Origin: Thecamonas trahens ATCC 50062
Taxonomy: Eukaryota > Protista > Apusomonadida
DNA length: 64,000 nt
Assembly: GCF_000142905.1 (NCBI RefSeq)
Contig: NW_013657642.1
Location: forward strand, 131,851 to 195,850
Direction of reading: 5' to 3'
Shown here: positions 55,004 to 62,809 of the stretch, one piece after another
How the letters are laid out: every line of letters starts with the position of its first letter
How positions within the stretch are numbered: the first letter of the stretch is position 1
Position numbers and translations under genes: made by a program
The notes under the pieces: generated by a model
Seen by the model: only the letters and a program-made list of their open reading frames with translations
Databases searched by the model: none
What the model was told of the DNA's origin: nothing

Positions 55004-55921
55004 GGTTCCCCCCCCCCCCCCCCAACGGTGTTGCAAAAGGCGAAGAACACAGACCCACGCCCACAGCCACCACCCACAGCCACAGCCACCACCACCACCC
55101 ACAGCCACAGCCACCACCACCCACAGCCACAGCCAGCCATGAACCCCCCTCTCTCTCTATCTATCTATCTCTCCACGTACAGAAGTGACGCATCATCACA
55201 ATCTGCTCTGGTGTCCGCGGCGCCATGTTGGGTCCCCGGTCCTCTTCACAGAGTGGCGTGCCTACCACTGCCAATGACGTCGTCTACGAGGTGTCAGGGG
55301 TTGGGAGTGGCGGGAGTGGGCGGGAGTGGCGGGAGGGGGCGGGAGGGGGCGGGAGGGACGGCCAGTTCCGACCAGGGGCAAGGATCAATCACCTGGCGCA
55401 CACGCCCATGAGCCCACAATCTCCATCTGCATATTGATCTTGATGGAATAGACCATGGCAGGAAATCTATTGGTATCAAGTGGGAAGAGGGGAGAGGGAG
55501 AGGGAGAGGGAGGGATGGGGACGATGACTCCAGCTCCACTGGTCGGCCGCATCTCACGAGCTCAAAGAGGCGCTCGGGTAATGAACGGCTCAGCCCAGAA
55601 AGCATCTGATCCCACAGCATAGCCCATCATCCGTGCATCCAGCCTCACCACTCTCGTCCTCTTCCAAAAACATCGCTTTGACTTTGCGTCAATAAGCTTG
55701 CCGTCCTTTGTCCCTCAATCCCTCCCCCTCTCCTACCCCCCGACCCACAAGAGGGCGATCACGATCGCGATCACGATCACGACCAAGACGATCAAAGCGG
55801 CGGTTGGCGCCACCGGCACCGGCTCGACCGACCAGCTCGGGGTAAAGGCCAAGGCCAACAGCACTTCACTGCCACGACGAAGAGAAGGAGAGGCTACCAC
55901 AGCTCTTCTCTTCACGAGGCA

Positions 55922-58900
55922 ATGTCGTCCCCACCTCTGCCCATACCCACGCGGCAGCAACGGTTGGAGACGTACGGCCTGGACACGGTGTCGTCGCTGG
56001 TGTGGTCCGAATGGTACGGTCCCCCCCCCCCCCCACGTCCCCCCCCCCCTCCACACACATCCCTCCCCCCACACACACTCACTGGTCATGCAACACTGCG
56101 CAGGGAGGTCGGAGGCGAGTATACCAAGCTCTTGACTATCCGCAATGTGACGACGGACGTGGTGCATCTTCGGTACACGCTGCCGGCCACAAAGTACTTT
56201 TCGATGGCCTTTCCCGAGTCGTTTCAGCTCTCGCCAGGCATTGCCGTCTCGCTCCCCATCGCCTTCCGACCGGTGGAGCTCGCAGAGTACGAGGATGTGG
56301 TCATGCTCGAGGTCCGACCGACAGGGAGTCGGCGTGGCGGGCGGTTCGGCATTCCCGTAACTGCCGTACTGCCGCATCTGGCTCTGACCGCTCCGAGAGT
56401 GGTTGACCTTGGCTTCTGCAGCGTCAAGGAGGCCGTGAGCGCCAAGTTGACGCTGAAGAACGACTCGGAGGTTCCAGCCACGTTTGAGGCCTACGTTCCG
56501 CCACCGTTTTCGGTCACTCCGCGGATCGGAGCCCTTGCCCCGCACTCCGGCGTGGTGCTCGAAGTGGTGTTCTCGCCCGGCGAGGCTGCGCCGTTTGAGG
56601 CGACCCTCTCGATCGATGCGGTTCCCGACGGAGCCAGCGGCGACGAGAGGCTCACTTCGGTCTACACTACCCTGCATGCGACAGGCAAATACGCATTTCT
56701 GGCCGTTTCAGAACCGCATGTCGAGTTTGGCGACGTGTACCTGTCGCGGACGGCAACGCGGGTGCTGACGCTCTCAAACGTGTCCGAAGTGCAGACGCAG
56801 TTCCGTGTCACGCACGCCACAGCCGGGAGTGACCTGCCGTTCTCCATCAGCCCGTCGCGTGGTAGCGTCGCCGCACACTCGTCGATCAACGTGCAGGTGG
56901 CATACAAGCCGCAAGCGGCGGGTCTCGACTCGACGTCCAAATTCTTCTTTGAGACGCCCGGCGGCAATGCGCCTGCGGTGATGGTGTCGGGGCGCGGCGC
57001 GGCGCCGTCGATCCGGCTCGACAAGAGTGGTCTGGCGTTTGGGGCGCTGACAGTCGGCGGGCGGGCGGTTCGGGTGGTGACGGTGGCTAACACCTCGCCG
57101 GTGGTGGCCAACGTGGCCATCGAGAGTGCGACAAGCGGAGTGTTTCAGTTCTCGACGACGTCGCTAGCGCTCGAGCCGTACTCGGAAGCCAAAGTGCAGG
57201 TCGAGTTCTGTCCTCACGAGCCGATGAACTATGCGCGGCGTGTGGCGTTTGTTGTTGCGTCTGGCGTGCCTGCTTACGTCGATGTGGTGGGGACCGGATA
57301 CGCGGACGGGCGCAGGCCGCCCGACATGGGGCTAGTGCATGTGGCGAGGGCGCGGAAGCGCGCGCTGCTCGGACTCGGGCAGCTTCCGCCTGAGGCGCTG
57401 GAAGATGCCATGCGGGGGCTCACCGAGAGCGACCCAGTGGCCGGCAACGTGCTGCTCTCGCTTGATAACCTCTCGCTGAGTGCGGTGGCCGAGTCGGTCG
57501 GCGACGAAGCGGCGAGCGCCGCAGTCCAAGACCCATGGGTTCCGTACACGCACGCGCTCGGCCTCGCCTCCCCGCACACCCTCCCGCCCGGCGTCTTTGC
57601 GCCGCTGGTCACCGTCGCGCCGTCGTCGCTCGACTTTGGCGCGGTGCCGGCGGTGATGCGGGGAGGTCGCGGCAGGGATCGCCTAAGCGCAATGCCGAGC
57701 GCGTCCATGCGCGGGTTCTCGGTGCGGAATCCGACGCGGGGCAAGATGACGGTCCACGCGCGCGTCACCGGCGGCTCTGCAGGCGCAGACGCCTTCTCGC
57801 TGTCTGTGTGCGAGGCTGACGTGGGGCCGGGTGGAAGCGTGACGTTTAGCGTCACCTTTGCGCCGCGGCACCGTGACCGATTCTACGGAACAAGCGTGGA
57901 GCTTTTTGTGCACTACAAGTCGATGCGCAACTTTCGGCTTGTCAGCGACGCGACGGTTGTCCCGCCGTCGTACCTTGTGGTCCCGCTGCTTGGGCACTCG
58001 TACGAGGGCGGGGCAGAGAAGTTTATGCCACAGGTTGCGGTGGTGCCTGCCGAAGAAGGCGTACACTTTAAGCCGTGCGTGGTGGGCGAGGCGGCATACA
58101 CCACGGTCTCGGTAGTCAACACCGGCAGCATGCCGCTCAAGTTTGACGTCGGGCCGGTGGCGGGAGGCGAGGTCATCGACGTCTTTCCGCGAACGGGAAT
58201 TGTGGACGGCGGCGAGTCGCGGATTCTGAGCGTCGGCTACCTTCCCGATGAGGCCGGGCTGGTGGAAGCGACCATGGCGATTATGATCAACAACTCAAGC
58301 GCTAACGCGCTCGAAGTAGCGCTCGCCGGGGTATGTGACGCGCCGCGGGTCGTGCTCGAGAGTTCCCGGAACGGCGAGGCTTCGCTGTACTTTAAGCCAA
58401 CACATATTGGCTCGTCGACAGTCCGGTACTTTGAGGTGACCAATCCGGGCACGCTTCCACTCGCATTTCAGTGGGTGGTGCCGTCGCGATACGCCGAGGT
58501 GCTCAAGGTGAGTCCTCCCAGCGGAGTGCTCTCCGGTGGGTCTGAGGCGCGTGTTGCGTTTACCTTTACGCCCAACTCGGAGGCCAAGTTTCACATGAAG
58601 GCGAGCTGCTTTGTGATGACGCTTGCTGCGGATGGGGCATATGCCGGGCGCGAGTTTGAGCTGCCGGCAGTGCCTGCGCCTGGGACGGATGACCAAAGTG
58701 GATGGCGTGAGCACTCGCTCAAGCTGTATGGAGCCGGAACGAGTGCGGCGCTCGATTTCTTCCCGCGGTCGCTCGACTTTGGCAACTCGCCCGTCCACGA
58801 GCCTTCGTCTGGGGAGATCCGTGTGTTCAACCGTGGCGAGGCCGACGTGGGTCTGTACGTGTACGCGGCAGCAGTCTCCGAGTCGGGCACAAGCATGCCG

Positions 58901-61630
58901 GGAGGACAGACCAGGAGCCTAAGCGGAAGCTCGACCAATGAGACGCTCGAGGTCATCCAGCTCTCTGCCGAGTTTGTGGTGGTCCCGTCGCGGTCGTCTG
59001 CAAGCGTGGGAGTGACGTTTGCGCCGCGAGCGCGCGCGTACTACGCGTACGGTGTGTACTGTATGGTCCTGCCGCACGAGTCGAATGTGGACAAGCTGAG
59101 CGCGGGTGTGGGGCCGGACGCGGCGTTCGAAAAGTACCTTCGCGGTGGGCTCGGCGCGGCGGGGCAGCCGCTGCTGATGGCGGACGTGACTGGCGTCGGC
59201 GAGCTGCCGTCGCTCGCGGTTGCCGACTGCTTTGTGGGGCGGAGCCCGGGCAAGGCGGTGTGGTGGCGGCGGCTCTCGCTCGACCTGCTCAATATCGAGC
59301 TTGCCATGAACTTGTCGCGGGCGGAGGAGGTGTTTGCGGCGACACGCGAGAACATTGTCGAGGCGCCGATGTATGCCGGGCTCGTCTCGACGCTTCCAAC
59401 GTTTGACCTCGACCTCGGATCCGGGGTTGCCGGCAGCGGGGCGAGCGTGGTGCGGCTCCGGTTTGTCAACCGCGGCTCAACAAGCGTCAAGTTTGAGTTT
59501 CTCTACCCGTCGGACCTCGAGTGGTGTGACATCCAGGGCCTCTCCGAGTACGATCTCGACGAGGAGCTGCTGCGCGCCAACAAGCTCTTCTCGTTCTATC
59601 CCAAGAGTGGGCATGTTGCGGCGGATGGGGCAATCAACGTGGAGCTGACGTACCACCACCTTGTGCCCGGCGAGCATGGCATCGATGTGGTGCTTGCGCT
59701 GGAGCGCGGAAAGCAGGTGACGCTTGCGCTACAGGGCGTGACGCACGCGCCGCCTCCGGGACCAACGCTCCACTTTGGGACGCGCGGCCACTTTTTTGAG
59801 CCCGTGCCGATCGGGGTGGAAGAGCCGTTTGTGCAGAGCTACGTGCTCCACAACGATGCTGGGACTGAAGTGGCGTGGGAGCTTGAGAACGTCGACGCCG
59901 CGCTTGCGGCCTTCAGGGCGGAAAACTACGATGTGGACGTGCTCGTGCCGCTGATGCGTAGCGGGCGGATCGAGCCTCGCGGCAGCGGCATGGTGCGGTT
60001 TGTGTTTGCTCCACTCGAGGCACGCGAGTATGCGTTCCCGCTCACAGTTGCGATGAGGAACGACGACGGGATTGTGGTCCGGCAGCAGATTGTGTTCTAC
60101 GGCGTCGGGTACCACCCGTCACTGCACGACGTTCTGCCGTGGACGACCGCGCCGCCGTCGACCGCGCCTGCGGCGCCCTCGCTCGGTCTCGCGCCGACGC
60201 TGCCCGACGGACGAATCAACGTTGTCGGGTACCTCACCCTCGAGCGAGTGTGGTTTGGCGCGCTTCCACTTCACTCGATCAACCGGTGCCTGGTTGGCGT
60301 GGCCAATCCGAGCGCGGAGCGGCGGGTTGCGTTTGAGTGGCTCAGCCTCCCTGCCCAAGTCTACGGGTACGAGCTGGTGGCGGTAGAGCCGTCGAGTGGT
60401 GAGATCGAGGCTGGCGGCATGGTGACGTGCTCGGTGGTGTTCCGCCCGATGCAGCAACCGGAGATCTACGAGCTCGATATCGAGTGCCGGCTCAAGGTGC
60501 TTGACGGCGAGTGCAGCGAGGGCGCGCGGGCTGTCGAGGTGCATGTAGAGGCCGAAGAGGTGTTTGCAGTGGACAACTCAGATCCTGCGCGGTTTACCGG
60601 GCGCGCGGTGGCTGCAGGAAGGCGCGGGGCGCTTGACAGTGCGCCTCGCCGGTCGCGACGGTCACTGGTGTCGCGGCAGGGAGACGTGCGTGGGCACGGC
60701 CTGGGAAGGCCTGGGTCGGTGGCATCAGTGCGAACGCTGGCTGGGTCGTCACTGGCACGTGGGCGAGCTGCAATCGGGCTGCGGCGGGCGGTGAAGCTCG
60801 GCAAGGTCGACGGGAGCGATCCGCTGCTCGAGGCCGGCGGCTCTCGGCTCGATGGACGGATCGGGGTCGGAAGCGGGAGCGGACGTGTGGAGCATGTGAG
60901 GTCGCACTCGGTGTGGCTCCACATCTCGGCGGCGTCGTTCCCGGTCGAAGTGTACAAGGAGACGTACGCCGACTTTGAAACGTTTTTCGTGCCGCGGCAG
61001 ACCAAGCGCGAGACATGGCGGACTGAGGCGGAGAAGCACGAGATGCCAGCAGCGACGGTCTCGCTCATCAAGCGCATCCAGCAGACGCCGTCGGAGGAGG
61101 AGAACAAGACGGTGGTCAAGTCTGTGCTCTCGGATATTCTGCAGGACATCATCTTTGACCCGGACATTCAGGAGACGATCGAGGCCGTGGAGCGAGCGCC
61201 GATCCCGCTCTTTGCACAGCTCACGCCGCAAGTCCCGCTCTCTGTGGTGCGGAGTGGGCGAGGACGCAGCGAGAGCACGAGTGTCAGCAGCATCGCAAGC
61301 GAGAGCGGCGAGAGCGAGCAGCCGGTCCTCTCGCGGTTTGCCTCGTTCCACCGCGAGGTTGCTAGCGAGGTTGTGTCGCGGGGCGACGGTGAACGGGCCG
61401 GATTTGGCGGCGGCGAGGAGGCTGCCGACGTCAAGGACGATGAGGAGGTTGTCCGGGAGGCGGTTCTGAGCCGAGCATCGGTTGTCAGGGTTGTGGGAAT
61501 GGACGAGCTGCTGGAAGGCGTGTTTCAGGGCACAATCGCGAACCTCATGGCCGAGGTTGTGGATGGAGGATTTGATGTGTTGGAGGCGCCGAAGCGTGTT
61601 GTGGGAATGGATGAGGTGGAGGAGGTGTAA
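55922..61630 (+). CDS. CFAP65: Cilia- and flagella-associated protein 65 (CCDC108), multiple ASH/PapD-like Ig domains; probable 90-nt intron 56014-56103
   Basis: WEVGGEYTKLLTIRN...LPATKYF...LSPG..LPIAFRP...YED, YKSMRNFRLV, LYFKPT, FRAENYD and repeated lDFG...N motifs. Confidence 0.9.
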   Translation: MSSPPLPIPTRQQRLETYGLDTVSSLVWSEWYGPPPPPRPPPPPHTSLPPHTLTGHATLRREVGGEYTKLLTIRNVTTDVVHLRYTLPATKYFSMAFPESFQLSPGIAVSLPIAFRPVELAEYEDVVMLEVRPTGSRRGGRFGIPVTAVLPHLALTAPRVVDLGFCSVKEAVSAKLTLKNDSEVPATFEAYVPPPFSVTPRIGALAPHSGVVLEVVFSPGEAAPFEATLSIDAVPDGASGDERLTSVYTTLHATGKYAFLAVSEPHVEFGDVYLSRTATRVLTLSNVSEVQTQFRVTHATAGSDLPFSISPSRGSVAAHSSINVQVAYKPQAAGLDSTSKFFFETPGGNAPAVMVSGRGAAPSIRLDKSGLAFGALTVGGRAVRVVTVANTSPVVANVAIESATSGVFQFSTTSLALEPYSEAKVQVEFCPHEPMNYARRVAFVVASGVPAYVDVVGTGYADGRRPPDMGLVHVARARKRALLGLGQLPPEALEDAMRGLTESDPVAGNVLLSLDNLSLSAVAESVGDEAASAAVQDPWVPYTHALGLASPHTLPPGVFAPLVTVAPSSLDFGAVPAVMRGGRGRDRLSAMPSASMRGFSVRNPTRGKMTVHARVTGGSAGADAFSLSVCEADVGPGGSVTFSVTFAPRHRDRFYGTSVELFVHYKSMRNFRLVSDATVVPPSYLVVPLLGHSYEGGAEKFMPQVAVVPAEEGVHFKPCVVGEAAYTTVSVVNTGSMPLKFDVGPVAGGEVIDVFPRTGIVDGGESRILSVGYLPDEAGLVEATMAIMINNSSANALEVALAGVCDAPRVVLESSRNGEASLYFKPTHIGSSTVRYFEVTNPGTLPLAFQWVVPSRYAEVLKVSPPSGVLSGGSEARVAFTFTPNSEAKFHMKASCFVMTLAADGAYAGREFELPAVPAPGTDDQSGWREHSLKLYGAGTSAALDFFPRSLDFGNSPVHEPSSGEIRVFNRGEADVGLYVYAAAVSESGTSMPGGQTRSLSGSSTNETLEVIQLSAEFVVVPSRSSASVGVTFAPRARAYYAYGVYCMVLPHESNVDKLSAGVGPDAAFEKYLRGGLGAAGQPLLMADVTGVGELPSLAVADCFVGRSPGKAVWWRRLSLDLLNIELAMNLSRAEEVFAATRENIVEAPMYAGLVSTLPTFDLDLGSGVAGSGASVVRLRFVNRGSTSVKFEFLYPSDLEWCDIQGLSEYDLDEELLRANKLFSFYPKSGHVAADGAINVELTYHHLVPGEHGIDVVLALERGKQVTLALQGVTHAPPPGPTLHFGTRGHFFEPVPIGVEEPFVQSYVLHNDAGTEVAWELENVDAALAAFRAENYDVDVLVPLMRSGRIEPRGSGMVRFVFAPLEAREYAFPLTVAMRNDDGIVVRQQIVFYGVGYHPSLHDVLPWTTAPPSTAPAAPSLGLAPTLPDGRINVVGYLTLERVWFGALPLHSINRCLVGVANPSAERRVAFEWLSLPAQVYGYELVAVEPSSGEIEAGGMVTCSVVFRPMQQPEIYELDIECRLKVLDGECSEGARAVEVHVEAEEVFAVDNSDPARFTGRAVAAGRRGALDSAPRRSRRSLVSRQGDVRGHGLGRPGSVASVRTLAGSSLARGRAAIGLRRAVKLGKVDGSDPLLEAGGSRLDGRIGVGSGSGRVEHVRSHSVWLHISAASFPVEVYKETYADFETFFVPRQTKRETWRTEAEKHEMPAATVSLIKRIQQTPSEEENKTVVKSVLSDILQDIIFDPDIQETIEAVERAPIPLFAQLTPQVPLSVVRSGRGRSESTSVSSIASESGESEQPVLSRFASFHREVASEVVSRGDGERAGFGGGEEAADVKDDEEVVREAVLSRASVVRVVGMDELLEGVFQGTIANLMAEVVDGGFDVLEAPKRVVGMDEVEEV

Positions 61631-61692
61631 ACGTGCAGGCGAGCTAAGGGTGGGCTGCATGGGCGGGTGAGCGCTAGCGAGCTGCAAAGCTG

Positions 61693-61850
61693 CAATCACG
61701 CACTAGCGAGCTCCGATCAAGCTCAAACAGTCTGCGATTAAGCGCCAGCAACCTACAATCACGCACTAGCGAGCTCCGATCAAGCTCAAAAAGCCTGCGA
61801 TTAAGCGCTAGCAACCTACAATCAGGCACCAGCAAGCTGCAAGCTGCGAT
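61693..61850 (+). repeat. 63-bp tandem repeat (~2.4 copies) built from 21-bp subunits, between convergent genes
   Basis: Units begin with CAATCA at 61693, 61756 and 61819; the first two are near-identical. Confidence 0.9.
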
Positions 61851-61869
61851 CGCTACCATCAGCGGTACG

Positions 61870-62346
61870 CTACAACAGCATCCAGAAGAGACGCAGCGAG
61901 GCGACGGCAGCGACGGCTGGCGGGAGCACAAAGGCTGCGCGAGAGGCAAACGAGTCGCGCGGGACGGTGAGCAGGACCGAGTCGGCGACGTTGGCAGGAT
62001 CGCAGTAGACATTGACCTCGTAGCCGGAGAAGAACTTGGCCTGCGTCGCCTCCAGCCATGGGCCCGGCAACGGCTGGATCTGGACCTGATGCGAGGTGAA
62101 GCGTGCACCATCGACGACGTACTCGTACTCGACCCGGATCCACTCATCCATGCCGATCCACGAGCGAGCCGAGTTGACATGAACAGTCAGCGCATCAAGA
62201 TACTCCACGCCCGTCACCTCGCCCACCACAAACGGCCAGTGCTTGGCCTCCTCTCGTCGTCGCCATCTCTCATACACATGGGCCGAGCCACCCACCCCAG
62301 CCGCCGCCGCACCCGCCCACGCCAGGACTGCCCAACGCGCCATCAT
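61870..62346 (-). CDS. DUF3592-domain membrane protein
   Basis: TM, then WPFVVGEV...VEYEYVVDGARFTS...GYEVNVYCDPANVADSVL, then TM. Confidence 0.8.
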   Translation of the reverse strand: MMARWAVLAWAGAAAAGVGGSAHVYERWRRREEAKHWPFVVGEVTGVEYLDALTVHVNSARSWIGMDEWIRVEYEYVVDGARFTSHQVQIQPLPGPWLEATQAKFFSGYEVNVYCDPANVADSVLLTVPRDSFASRAAFVLPPAVAAVASLRLFWMLL

Positions 62347-62809
62347 CACACCAGTACGGAAGAAGGTCACCAACCGGCAGTGACGTTGTCTGGCGAGACA
62401 AGTACTCGTCCGTCTCTACTCTCCCGTCCTCTGTCTCCTTCTGTTGAGGACCCTGTCCGTCCGGGTCGTGGTTGAGCAGCCGGCAGTCGGCAGGAGGGGG
62501 GGGGGAGGGAGGGGGGGGAGGGGGGGGGGATGGTGATGATGGAAGCAGGAGCAGGAGAGGGGGTGTTGGTTGTGCGAGAGGGTGGAATCAGATACTTGTT
62601 GGCAGAGCATAGCTGTGGACGAATGTGGGGTCGATCGAGCAGATCGCCCCTTTTGAGTAGCTCCCTCTCTCATCCATGGCCCGGCTCGGCTACCTGATCT
62701 GCTGGGTTTGCGGCGGACATGGCAAGCGTGGCGGCCACACGGCGTGACAGGGGGAGGGGAGGGGAGGGGAGGGGAGGGGGGGCAGACTCGTCACGGCATT
62801 GGGGAGGAT

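Noticed and set aside
55140-55922. RFX X-box upstream of the ciliary gene CFAP65
   Set aside because: No convincing GTNRCC-N(0-3)-RGYAAC match was seen by eye.
61693-61850. 63-bp repeat as a CRISPR array
   Set aside because: The units are tandem near-duplicates with no unique spacers, no cas genes are present, and the context is eukaryotic.
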